Part shown: one piece after another, positions 15,301-29,075 of the stretch
How positions within the stretch are numbered: the stretch's first letter is position 1
Layout of the letters: every line of letters begins with the position of its first letter
IMG/VR virus record: IMGVR_UViG_3300031994_000011
Location: 107,959 to 171,958 of that record
Length of the DNA stretch: 64,000 nucleotides
From: a virus
Taxonomy: Duplodnaviria > Caudoviricetes
Direction: 5' to 3' (one strand)
The notes under the pieces: generated by a model
Seen by the model: the letters and a program-made list of their open reading frames with translations, nothing else
What the model was told of the DNA's origin: nothing
The model's database searches: none
Position numbers and translations under genes: made by a program

Positions 15301-18300
15301 CATTAATGGCTAACCAGTAATAGTAGCTAAATTTTGGAACTAATTAACTAAATTATAAAAGTCATCAACTGCCATTAAATGATAGCCAGTAGCATTTACT
15401 AAATCTTCTGGTTTAGTCGAAGTAATTTTTTTACCAGTAGCATTATCAAAATATGTAAGCGTCATAGCCTAGTTCATTACTTTATAAGCTTTTCCAATAG
15501 AATTTATATAATTTAAAGGCCCTTGTAAATATTCAGGCAATTTTCTATTCATAAAATCATATTGTTCGGCCTATTGCATTTGAGCCTAAGCAATCTCTTT
15601 ATAAATACTAAGTCTTTCTCTTAATGCTTGATTATCAGGACCATTACTTAATTGCTATTGTAGCGCAGCTATATTAGCCATAGTCTTAGAAATATTCTAG
15701 CAGTCCTATCCAGCACCCTATAATGAATCTTTTAATGCTTCAAATGTTATTTCTGCGGCAACAGTGTCAACATCTTTTAATGCGGTATATAAAGCAATTG
15801 CTGCCTAAGTATTTAATTTAATACCATCGAGCGTCATAGAAAATGCTGCCTAATTTAGCTATATACCAAGAACATTTTTAGCGAAATCTTGTAATTTTAA
15901 TTTACCAACATTATCTAAACTACCTTTCAATCCATTAGCTATAATATCTGCAAAATTTTTAAATAACTAACTAATTGCATCAGCTAATTCTGCAAGATCT
16001 TCTGAAAGCATTAAACTTCCCTATTCAGCAGCATTATAAATTGTTTGCATTATACCAACAATATTAGCGCCTTCTACTGTTTTTAATATACCATTCTATA
16101 CATAACCACCATATTGTTTTAATTGATCATTTAATTGTTTTATTGAACCTGGTATACTTTGAAGTCCTTTTAATTCTTGTGTATATTGATTCATCCATTT
16201 TTGATATTCAACAGAGTCTACTTTATCTTTATTCTCCTCTAATGCAGCTATCATTTTAATAAGTTTTTGCTATCTCTAAGTAGTATAATCACTTTCTTTT
16301 CTTCCTAGTTCGCTCCATAAATCCGTAACATCAAGCCATTCTCCGCCAGTTAAGCCACTTAATCCTTCAACTTCCTATCCAATATTTCTCGTTATTTTAT
16401 TATTTAAATCAACCATGGCTTGATTATATGTTTTCAATGCATCAATATATTGTGGACTTCCTGCCTTCCAACCCATCATATTCGCAAAGGCGTTAAAATC
16501 AGTTATTCTTAATTTATCTCCGCCTAATAATTCTATAATATTGGATGCATCTAAAGCATCAACTAATTCCTCAGAAAGCATTATTCCTTGTTTTGTAAGT
16601 ATCTAAGCAAAAGTATCAAAAGTCATATTAGAAGCATCGCCTAAAGCATCAATAACAACTTGCTATTTATCTCTTACACTTAAAGTTTTTGCAGCAACAC
16701 TATTTATTTCTTCTAAAGTCGCATGACCGCTTGTAGTAATTTTATCTAATGCATAAGCATAAGCTTCATATAAATTATTTATTGATGTAACTACATATTG
16801 CCCTTCAGCAATAAGACTAACCGCGCCCGCGCCAGAAACACTTATTATTTCTGCAGTCGTAGCGTCAATGATACTTCCTGGTGCTGAACCTAATTGCTAT
16901 AAAGCATTTATATATCTGTCAACCGAACTACGATATAAAGTAGTTATATTTTCAGCAGTTAAATCAACGCCACCATAATCAGCAATCATTTGCATCATTG
17001 CTATTGCATCTGCACCGCCAGATGTAATAATATCAAAAAATTCACTAAAAGAATCAAATTCGTTAGGAAGTTTTCCTCCTAAAGATTCAACATTTTTCTA
17101 AAAATCTTCATATGCTTTTTTTAGAGTTTTATATTGCTAAGAACTCCTATCTATAATAGCAGTGCCATCTCCTTTTAATACATAAGGAATATTATCTGCC
17201 CATGCCATTACAGCATCTATAAAAGTAGATGAAATTTCTTTATATCTTTCTTCAAGTATTTTTTTAATTTGAGCGGTAGAGCGTTGTCCAGAAGTTAATA
17301 AATTCATCAAGCCCTATGTTCCACGATATGTTCCATCATCATTCTTCTATAAAAGTTCAATAACTTGATCCATTGTTTTTCCATAATGAAGCGCAATTGA
17401 AGCAATAGCTTGCTCGTCTAAAGCATTCATATTTGGAATTAAATCAGTCATAAAACTATCATAAGAATTTGTTCTCTGATTAGCTAAATAATTAGCATAA
17501 TAATCCATATATTCTTTACTGTCTTTAGCAAGATTAGAACCAAAATTGCTCATAAATTCATTCCAATCAGTAATAATATATGAATCTACTCCAGTTCTCT
17601 TTAAAAATTTACTTCCTTCCTAAGTTAAATTACCAGCTTCTGTTAAATAATCACTTAATTGTTTATTTTGAGCAGTAACAAAAGTAGAAATAGCATCTAA
17701 ATTTAAAGAATCTGCATAACTTAAAAATTCTAATGAACTACTATCTTGTAGATTATTATTTTTTATTAAATTAGCATAACTATCATTTAATGTACTTAAT
17801 CCAATAGTTCCATTATTAAATGCTTCTTCTACTGTATAATATATATAACTTGCTGCCTGTATAAACTCTTCAGCATCATCAATAACAATTTGCCCATTAG
17901 TATTTAATTCATTCGCCCAATCTTGATTAAGAGTGGCTAATATATTAGCAGTATCACCAGCAATAGTCATTTTACCAGAAAAAGAAGATAAATCACTAAC
18001 TGCATTTGTCATAATAGAATTAAGCTGTTGATTAATTGCACTATTTATTATACGGTAAGTGTTATCATCTATTTTTTCATCTTCATGTTGTTTACTATAA
18101 AAAGATTGTAATGTTGTTAATACACCAATAATATTATTACCAGCAACTGTTAAAACACCATTTTGTATTGTTGCCATAGACCCCATTAATTGAGCATTTA
18201 AACTATTTAAGTCTTCATTACTTAATTTAGAAGTTAAATAACTAAGATTAAATTGTTTTCCCACAGAAAAATCTTTTAAAGACTCAATTTCACTTTGAAT

Positions 18301-21300
18301 ATTAGATTGAACATTTTCACGAAATTCAATCATAGAGCTTCTATAGGAACTAATTTCATTTAAATACGCATCTGAAGTTTTATCCCAACCAAAAGAATCA
18401 GCTAATACATTCTAATCTAAGAAACGAATCTAACCATTTCCAGTTATCTAAGCATAGCCACCAGCAATCCATTGTTCGACAGTACTAACAAACTATTCTG
18501 CATGCCCATAAGTCTCAAATAAACCAGATAAATCTGTTAAAGACATAGAACTCATTTTTCCAACATATGCCTAACCAATTTTTCCAACATCTCTAACATA
18601 CGCAGACTGTAAATATTCTACACCAGTATTTAAAATATCTTCTGGAGCAGCGATACCTTTTACAAGACTATCATGATAAGCTTTAAGTGCTGCAGTAGTA
18701 TCTCCAACTTTTAAAAGAATATTATTATTATCAACTATATAACCAAGATCGCTATGCGCTTTTAAAAATGCTGCTGCATCAGCGTCAAGAAGCTGACCCT
18801 AAAAACCACGAATTGCCTAAAGCATTCCTTCTGTTGAAGCATATAAATATTTTTTTCTTTGCTAACTTGTTAAAGTAATTCCTTGACGTTTAGCCCATTT
18901 CTATGCTAAATTTAATTTTTCAATTCCATTTTCACCTTGAAGTATTTTTAACTATTCTTCTACAGTACTATTTATCTACTAAGACGACATTGTAGTAACC
19001 TTACGATAATACTACGTCATTGCCTACTTTAAAACTTTAACATCTTTTTGAGTTCTATCAGAATCCATAAATCCTTCTATATCTACTTTTTGAGCTAAAG
19101 TTTGTTTTGTTAAATTATCAAAAATAATTGCAGTCTAACTCGTCCAAAGTCCGGCTTCTCTTAATTGATTCTATTGAGCTTCTAAATAATTTAAATATGC
19201 TTCTTGTTTTAATTGAAAACTATTGGTTAAACTGTCCCATTCAAACAAATCGCCAAAATTACTTGCTTCTTCTTTACCACTAAGTTTCATTAATTTATTA
19301 TATTTCAACATAAAATCTGACATTTCAGAAGTTTCCATTGTACCCTAGGTTAATAATGAGGTTGCAGAGCTTACATCAGATAAAAGCTAATCAACTTGTG
19401 AAAAAATACTTTCTTGGGCTTCTTTTGTAATACTTATACCATATTTTTCTTTTAATGCTTTTATTTTTTCTAAAGTAATTGAAAAATTTCCATTACCTTC
19501 ATCAGTAAAATACTACGCAACTTCTTCTTCTGAAAGATTAAAAATCTTCATTATATTGCCAATATCATCGACAGTTAAATTATTTCTATTTTCTATTAAT
19601 CCCTAAAGAAGAGTTTCTTTTGATTTCTAAAATTTATTTTTTTGACTGGCGACCCAAGCATCAATATACTAAGAAGTTTGTTTATCTACATCTCGGACCA
19701 TTGTACTAACAAAATGTTCAAAATTGTTTATTTCATAAGTTCTATATCCAGTTCTTGTAAAGTATTGTTGTCCTAATTCAGTTAATTCACCAGTTTCAGT
19801 ATTTATATAATCTTCTACTTTTGCACCAATTGTAGTTAAAAATTCATTTATATTATCTATTGTAATATCAGATGTAGAGACTAAATTTAGCGCTGCAATA
19901 GGACGATTATTGTTAGCTTTTATTTTTGACACGGCGAAATCATTTAATGATTTTAAACTAACAGTTCCCTATTTATAGCCTTCTTGGGCAGATTTATATA
20001 AGCCATTAACTGCATCTAAATAATCTTGTGCAGTTCTAAGAGTAACTTGACCAGTTTGTTTATATTCATTTGAAAATTTAGTATTAATTTGAGATAAAAG
20101 TCCAGCTTGTTCATCTGTAAAAACTTTTGTCTATCCAGTATACTATCCAATTTCTCCAAACAAAGATGAATAAATATTTGTTATTTGTTCATCAATAATT
20201 CTTACAACATTCATCCAAGTAGCTTTATCTTCAGTAATAATACCAGCATCCATTGCATCTAAAATTACATTCCTTAAACCGCCTAGACTTTCAACTAAAC
20301 TATCACCAGTATAGGTAAGAATACCATCCTTTATTGAAATGCCATATGATTCTAAATATTCATTAATTGTACTTAATGCATCAGTTCCATCAGTAAAATC
20401 AATATTCCTAAAAGCGGCTTCCATAAAAGCAACATTAGCTTTACCTTTTGTGGCTAAATCTTTAAGCCCATTAGCCTATTGCTATAATTGAGTTTGTACT
20501 GTAGTTGCCGTTTGAATTTCAGAATCAATAAAATTAGAAAGAGCCAAATTATATTCATTTGATGTGGTATCCCAATTAAATTTAGACGCTAAATCAGAAA
20601 TCGCTTCAGCAGAAAAATTTAAGTTATCGTTTGGATTAATTGTAATGCCACTGTTACTTATTTGATTATTAATCCATTTTGTAGCTTCATTCTCATCCCA
20701 ACCAGCTTCTATGAACATCGCAGATACATCTTCAGCACTAATATCATTTAATTGAGATATATAATTAGCACCCTTTTTAGTAAAAGGATTATTTTCAGCA
20801 ATTATAGCTTTCATAGCTACAGAATACTTCTAAGTTACTGAAGCTTCCATATTCATTAATTGCTCATGATAAGCTTTCGCCGCGGCCGCTGTATTTCCGA
20901 TACCTTTAATTACATTACCTTCAATTGTATATCCATAATCTTTTAAAAATTTTGCCGCCTAATCAGTAACTACGTCTCCAACATGAGCGTCAAGAGCATC
21001 TAATAAGCCATTAATATTTTTAAAATATAAACTTTCTATATCTTCAACCGTAAAAGTAACTCCGCGTCTATTTGCCCAATCTCTACCAACTCTAACTGCA
21101 TCAGCTCCGCCCTTTTTAATAGCATCTATATCAGCTTGTACTGCCGCACGAGCAGCACTTTCAGTATAACCCAGTGCGCCAATATAATACTAATACATGG
21201 CATCAGTTAAAATTGTCTAATCTTTTGTTGTTTTTGCAGATTCCAAATATGCCTCTATATCTACTCTACTTGCTAAATATTTTTGTTTCTATGCTAATAA

Positions 21301-24300
21301 CATTTTTGTAACAAGTTCTTTAGAATAACCCAATGTATATAAATAGTCTTGTAAAGTACTCATATATGAAGAAAAAACTTCAGGAGATAATTGTAAAGAT
21401 TTAGTATTTTGATCAAAAATGAAAACTTGATCAAAACTTTTAGTCTCGCTTTCTTTTCCCATCTATTCCATTATAGTTTTATATTTTTCATAAAAATTTC
21501 TAGCCTATGAAAAATCAGTAGTACCTTCTGAGACTAATGACATAGCATCTGAAGCAGACTCCATTGAAGCATCTATAATATCATATATTAAATTTTCAGT
21601 TTTCTAAGACAAATCTTTTTTATATCTTCTAATTAAATCAACTAATGAAGATGTTTTTATTGTATAAGTTCCATCACCATTATTTATAAAAGCGTTTTCT
21701 GGTACTTCTAAAACATTTTTTAAATATTCAACTTGCTATTCAGATAATGAATCATAATTTTGAATTGCTTCGGCAATAGCTTTTTCTTTACTTTGTTCAT
21801 ATTTATTTGTTTTAAAAGAAGCAATAACTTTTGATCGTTGCTAATCGGTAAGTGTTATCTTCCATTGTTTTTCCATCTACGCAATAAAAGCATTCCAATC
21901 CTATCCAATAAACTCATAAAGCCCGGTAATTTCATCCATTTTAAAATAGCTTGGAAATTCTTTCATAAATGTCTCTACGTCTTTTCCAAGTGTTTTAGCT
22001 AAATCAGACATAGTGGCTCTAGAAATTTCTTTATAATTATTTCCAATGGTAGAAAGAATATCTGGTTTAGAAACTTGAAATTCTTTATTATGTAAATCAT
22101 CTAATAACTTTCGTTTATCACCTAATAATAAATTTGATCCACTAATTTTATTTCTTAACCATTCATAATCCCTATTAAGTTTATTCCAATCTATAAGCAT
22201 AGACTATCCACTAGTTAATTTATCTAATGGAATATTTGTTAATTTATGAATAAGATCTTTATTATCTTCACTAATTGTAATTAATTGTGGTCCTTCATCA
22301 ATAGATTTTATCGCGGCATCATATACAGAAGTCTAAGTCTTCTTATAGGCTTCCCATATCGCTACAGCCCAACCTTTAAGCTAATCTGGAAGATCAGAGA
22401 AATTGCCTTGTTTAATTTGGGCTAAATATTCTTTTTCAGATTTTCCCCAATCATCAATTGATTTAGGATCAATTGTCTTAGCTATATCTTTTAATGCTGA
22501 TATTGCCTCTAAATAATTTCCTACGTTAATTAAGCTAGTAACATATGGAGTTAATAAACTATTTAATACTTCTTTAGCATTCTAATTCTGAAGCTATAAT
22601 TGTTTTATTGCGTATTCAACAAAACTATTGTCATAACTAGCTTTTTCAGTAGTACTCAATCTTTCCCAAGCATCAAAATATGTCTCATAATATTGAACCA
22701 TTAGTAAAGCAGTAGATTCGTCAAGTTCTTTTTGAGTTTTCTATTTATATTCTTTTTGTAATATTTTTACTTTTTCAGTATTAGAAGCAGTTTTCCATGT
22801 AACCTATTTTCCTTTTTCAAACGTATATTTTTGATCTTTAGGTAAATTAAATTTATCAAAATTTCCTATAGCGGTTTTAGCATCTTCAAAATCTTCATTT
22901 AATTCAGCTAAAAAATCTTGTCTATAAGTAATATATTTTTCTTTTAATTTGCTCCAATCATTAATATAATATTTTCCACCAATATTAGTAAAATCTTCTT
23001 TTAAACTTAATCCTAAAGTCTAAGCTAATTTAGAAGCATCCTAAATCTACATGCCTTTTTCGACTTTAGACATAATATCCTAAAAATCTTCTAGCTGCTT
23101 TAATGTTTTTGTAGTCAACGAAGAAAATTCAGTTATTAAATTCATAGGCATCCTATCAATTATTGCAAGAATCTCTGATTCGCAACTAAAACCTAAATCA
23201 GATAGATTATCTCCTAACTAATATAACCCAGAAATAGTTCCATCCCAACCATAAAAATATGACTATGCTTGCTATCTTTTAGCTAAATCAGTCTATGCAG
23301 ATAATTTTTTACCAATTGATAAATAAAGTTTCAATATCTATGAACCAGTCTTCTAAGTAATATTACCTGAATTTATTAAATTCTATAACATATCATAAAA
23401 TTCATTTATAGCATTTAATTCATTTGAACCTAAATTTTGTAAAAAGGTACCAGATTTATCTGCTATTTGTGCCTTTATTGTTCCTAATAATGTATCAGCT
23501 CCTTTTATTGTAGTATTATATCCATCTTTATTTCTATATCTATTAATAAAAGAAGCCTTTACAGTATCTTCTATGGTTCCATAACTATATTGATTACTAT
23601 ATAATGCATTTAATACAGCTGCTTGATTTTCTCCAACAATTCCAATAGATTCTAATTCCTTACCGAACTGTTGTCTACTTAAAATATTTACTTTTTTTGT
23701 TAAAGAATTAAAATTATTTTTTTGGCTGGGAGTGAAATTTGTCCAAGTAGTCGTCCAAAAATTTTTTATCGTTTCAAGCTATCGTGAAAGATCTTTATCA
23801 ACAAATTCATTAAACTATTTTGTAGTTATCATTCCATCATCATTATATTTTTCTTTTATCCTAGCTATTATTTGTTCACTAATTATATTCTAAACATTAC
23901 TAAATCCTTCTAAAGTAGTATTTTTTACACCAATTAAAGAAGAACCAACAACAGTACTAACACCACTTCGTAATCCAGACTAAGATAAAACTTTAGAATT
24001 TAAATAATCTTTATATTCTTTAATATAATTATTTACTTGTTCTAGAAAAAATTTACCTAACGAAGTATCCTAATTTTGTTTAAGCCAATCATATATTTCT
24101 ACTATCTCATGATCATTTGTTACATCTTTATCTGACATTAATTCAATCATTCGAGCATATAACGTTTCATATCTTCCACCATATTTTTTATAGAATAGTA
24201 AAGAATTATTAAAATTGCTATCCAGACCGCCATATGCTAAATCACGAAAGTCATTAGAACCAAAAAAAGATGGACTAGTTCCATCTAATAAATTTGCTTT

Positions 24301-27300
24301 TATAGTACCTTCTAACTATGGTGTATATACTCCTGCTAATTGTGCGGCTTCTAATGCTTTCCGTATAATAAGTTGCTAATAATTAGGAATTGCACCTCGT
24401 AAAACTGCAGAAGCATTAAGTTCATAAAACTATTTTTGATCTTTACCAGCCAACCCTTTAAACTATTTAAATGAAGCTATTCCCATATATTGTTCTATAA
24501 ATTTTTCTCTTTCAACACCAGTGAATCCACTAGCATCAGCAACTCTCTAGGCGATTATACGTAATTTAGTATCATCTGTAAATTTTGGTACAGTGCCCTA
24601 CATTTCTTTCTATTCATGCTATTCAGAAGCTCTTAATTTTTCATACTATTTTTTAGCTGCCTATTTTGCCTTATCTACACTCTATTGTCTTACATTATTT
24701 AATTGTGCCTAAGCAGCAATTAAATCAACAGTAACATTTCCAGCTGAATCCATATAAGATATTAATTCAGGATAAGTTTGCGCTAATTTATTCGCGGCTG
24801 TATAATACTGCTACTAAGCCTAAACACTATCATATCTAGCTGCCTATAATTTTTTAAGAGAAGCTATTTGATCTGCTAAACTTTTAGCCTAATTTTTCTT
24901 TTGTAAAGATTCATTATTTGCTTGAGCAGCCTACTATGATAAACGTTTCATTTTTTCTGTATACGGCTAAACAATTTTAGTCCAATTAGAAACAACACCA
25001 GTAATAAGACCTAATCCAGCGCCAATCGCTGCACCCCATGGTCCTCCCATTGCCAATCCCATCGAAGCATATGTCGCAGTAGAAGCAGCAATACTAAGTC
25101 CTGCTTGTGCCTTAGGATTTTTTACCATAGTACTCGCAGCAGAGAGCGCTAGACCAGCTACACTTAATCCAGTACGCCAGCCAACTTCATGCTGCGTCAT
25201 ATTTTGACCAATTCGACTATTATTAACTTTATTACGAGCTCTACTAAGAATACCTCCACTTGCACGAGTAGCACTTCCACCGGTAGCTGCCGAATTCATT
25301 TGCCCCTATGCCTGTTGTCGGCTTGCTACTATTTCTCTATCTTGTGCTTTATATTGCTCAGTTTCTTGCTGACGTCCTGCAACTCTTTCTTGCACACCAG
25401 CTTGAGAAACTGCTCTTAAATATGCTCTAATTTCCTATATAAATGAATGAATTTTAACTTTTATACCATTAAAAACTAAATTTACAATATTAGCAACATT
25501 ATAAAAAGCTTTACCCATAGCTGCAATTGCAGATACAGGAAGACCAAATACTGTAGTCATACTAGATAAAGATTTTACAATAGAATTTTCAAAATCTAAA
25601 AATCCTTTATATAAATTTTGTACTCCGCTTTCAGTATAAAGTGACTGTAAACTAGTTTGTAATTGCTGTACTTTTGCATCCACACTATCTAATGTTTTAA
25701 GATATTGTAACTGAGAAGCATCCTAACTATTATTTGCTATCTAAGTCAATTCTTTTAATCTGTCATAACTAGAAACCAATGCCAAGAAACGAGATTGCTG
25801 TCTATTACCAGCCATAATAGTAGCAATATAACGTTGCGTATTGGTATCAATAGTATCCCACTTTTCAGCTAATTCCATAATGACATCATCAAAATCACGA
25901 AATTGACCCTATGTATCATGAATAGTAATACCAACACTTTGTAATGCCTTATCAACTCTATTAAGACTCATTTCCTATCCTTCACTATCTTTTAATAAAG
26001 TAGGATCACTGGTCATTTCACCATAACGAGAAATAATAGATTTCATAGCACTACCAATGTTTTCAGCAGACTCACGGGTAGCTTCAATCATAACCGCCAT
26101 CATAGCAGTAGTATTTTGGAAACTAGAACCTACCGCTTGAGCAGAAGAAGCTGTTTTACTCATAGCAGTAGCTAATTCTGAAACACTTGTAGCAGAACTT
26201 GCGGCGACGGCAGAGTAAGCATCTACGACTTGCTGTGCATCTGTCATTTCCATTTTAAATGAGCGCACAGCATTAGTCATATAATTAGTTGCAGCAGTAT
26301 AATCTAAACCAGAAATACGAGACATCTTTAAAGTTTGCTCAGTTAAAGCCATAACATCAGCCATTTGCAAACCTTGCTGATAATATAACTGAGAAACTTT
26401 ATATACACCAGATATAGAGGCCGCATATTTTGTCGCCATATCTGTATATTTATCCATTTGGCCCCATAAATCATTCTGATCCATATCAGTGACAATAGCA
26501 ATTTCTGTTATTGTCTTATCTAACTATTTTACCGTAGAAATTACACTTCTAATAGCTTGTCCAATTTTTCTAACAACAGTATATACACTAAACCATCTCT
26601 GAACAACACCTTGGATTTTTCCAACCATTTGTTCAGCTGCCTGAGCTCTTGCTAACTAAGCATTATATTCTCTAACTCGTTCGACAGGTATTGATGAATT
26701 AGCTGGATTATTTCCTCCACTTTTACCTAAACCTTTTGTTGAGTTTAATCCTTTATCTTGTGCTGCTTTTAATGCACTCTATAATTGAGTAACTCTATTA
26801 TTTAAATCATTATTTTTACCTTGAAGAATTGTAATTTGATCTTGTAAAGCTTTTGTTGCATTTTCAATATCTGTTGCCGTTTGTTTCTCGGCTGCTAAAT
26901 TATTTTGTGCTACATTTTGCCCTTGAGTTGCGGCAGCAAGCTATGATTTACGTTTATTAACAACTGCAGTTATTTCATTATAAGCAGACTATAAACGTGT
27001 AATAACAACTTGTGCAGCTTGCTAAATATTACCAACATCTAGAAAATTTAAAGCATTTGTAGCCATTGTAGAAGTCAATCCAAATTTACTATCTGTTACG
27101 CTATTTTGTATTGCTTCTCTTAAATTATATATTATATTCTCTAAATCAAAATTTTTTAAAAGAGCGTCTCCAGTTAAATTAAAAGATCCTTTTCCAAACT
27201 ATCCAAATAACGTACTATAAATATTTTGTGCAGATCCTTGACCTGTTCCTTTTAACTAAGTTTGTAAAGTATTTTTTAAAATCTATATATGTGATTTTAA

Positions 27301-28074
27301 CGTCTATGGTGTTAATCCACCCATAAAATTAGTTAATAACTATTGCTGCCTATCAGTATTTCCAACTAATAATTTACTTAATCCAGATCCAACCATCGTC
27401 TGAATTTCTTCCATAGCTTTTTTATAACTGGCAGCAGCTCTTTCTACATTTTCTTGTAATGCCAAATTATTATCTTGTTTGGCTACTGCTGCGGCTTCAG
27501 CTTTCTATCGTCTATTTACATCAGCTTCAGCTTGCTTTAATTCTTTTTCTAAATTAGCAATTTTTTGCGCGGACTACTCAGCTTTAGTTCCTAATGCTGC
27601 GAGCATTTCTTGTGCAGTAGTAGTATCACCAATATTAAAGTTAATTTTCTTAAAACTATCAGCTAAATCTCCACCTGACTGAACGCCCTCTCTAATTGTC
27701 TTATCTATAAATTCATCAGCTTTTACTTTAGCTTCTTCTAAATCTTTAACTATTGTTTTAAGGCCTTCACCAAAAGCAGACTATTTTAAATCCGGTAATT
27801 TCAATTGTTGGAATAACTAACCAATATTTGCAAGTCTTTGTCCCATTAAATCATATTTTTGAACAATACTCTATATTTGACTATTACTAGAAGCTTTCGG
27901 CATGGGATTTTTAGCTAATCGTTTTAAATCTCCTTCTGCTCCTTGAATTGCTTTAGTTAATTTTTTACCAATAATTGATCCTGCATCAACATTCTATAAT
28001 GCACTTTTAAATTTCTATATACTAGCCTAATATCCACTTATTTTAGCAGTCATATCTAAAGTAATATTAGCCAT
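9340..28074 (-). CDS. Giant tape measure protein, ~6,244 aa; TAG read-through
   Basis: ATG 28074 to TAA 9340 = 18,735 nt. Fourteen ORF-track fragments from 12529 to 26484 share this frame. TP901-like TMP core (LYYQQGL...ATRESAENIGSAMKSIISRYGE), hydrophobic helices at ~25,000-25,150, and a G*LGPE motif. Not every codon was checked for TAA/TGA. Confidence 0.8.
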
Positions 28075-28106
28075 TTATTCTCACACTCCTTTTACACATA
28101 AAAAAA

Positions 28107-28137
28107 AGAGCCGCCTCCAATTACCTTGGAAGCGGCA
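28107..28137 (-). terminator. Probable intrinsic terminator/attenuator before the tape measure gene
   Basis: gccgc(c)tccaa...ttggaagcggc stem followed by a T-run on the minus strand. Confidence 0.55.
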
Positions 28138-29016
28138 TTATATTTCATCGTCTATATTTTCATTAAGACGAGTAATCTCCAATATTAAACCCTTTCTACT
28201 ATTCACCGTATTCTACGGCATTCCAATAATATTAAATGTAGCGACAGATGGGTCAGCCCTTTCTCCCAAGCGTAAGTTTATATCACTTACAACTCTTACT
28301 TTTGGCATGTAAATTAAATTTGTATAATTTATGCCATCGTTTTCATCCTTTGTATAAAATTTACCTTCAAGGGTGAATAATCCATTAAAACGTTCCTTCT
28401 ATACAGAATAAATTAAAGCTTCGTCTGTATACTAATAATAATAATCAACAATATATTCTTTTGTCTAGTCTGCAAGGTCTTTATGATTTTTATCTTTATA
28501 AACCCTTAGACAAGGACGCTCCACTGAATCATCAAAAGGATCTGATTCATTATGTATTATTTCTTCATACATTCTTCTCTGCACTACATCTCTCTAATAT
28601 TCATAGACAAAAATTTTTTTCATATCATTACTGATTGGCTGATGTTGTAAATGAAATAAACTTCCACCAGTCAAAACATTAGGCCCCTATCTCTTATGTA
28701 TTAAAAGCGGTTCATCTTTTTTTCTCTAAATAACAGAAGCACTAAGTAAAATTCCCATACTTATTGCAGACATTATACCCTCAGATAACTGAAATTGCAC
28801 CTAAGATCTGTCCTACCAAATAACATGAGGAAAATTACCCCAGCCACCTCGCGCCATTATAGGAGAATTTCGTTCTGTTAAACTAGCAAAATTTATATTC
28901 TCAAAATACAACACAGGCTACTGAGCTTCAAGATACCGTGAACCAAATTGCATAGGAACCTTCGCGCGCAAAACAACTTCATAAAGCTATTTTACTCCAA
29001 AATATTGATCAATCAA
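28138..29016 (-). CDS. Tail-tube paralogue/tail structural protein, 292 aa; TAG read-through
   Basis: TTG 29016 to TAA 28138 in frame. FGVK*LYEV and ARGGWGNFPHVIW* mirror YGIK*VANV and QGGWGNPRLISWD of the tail tube. Confidence 0.6.
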
Positions 29017-29037
29017 AATGATTCACCAACCTTAAAA

Positions 29038-29062
29038 AGGAGGGTGATTACTCACCCTCCTT
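29038..29062 (-). terminator. Intrinsic terminator after the tail tube gene
   Basis: aggagggtga-ttac-tcaccctcct perfect stem plus T-run on the minus strand. Confidence 0.75.
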
Positions 29063-29075
29063 ATATAACAAATTA

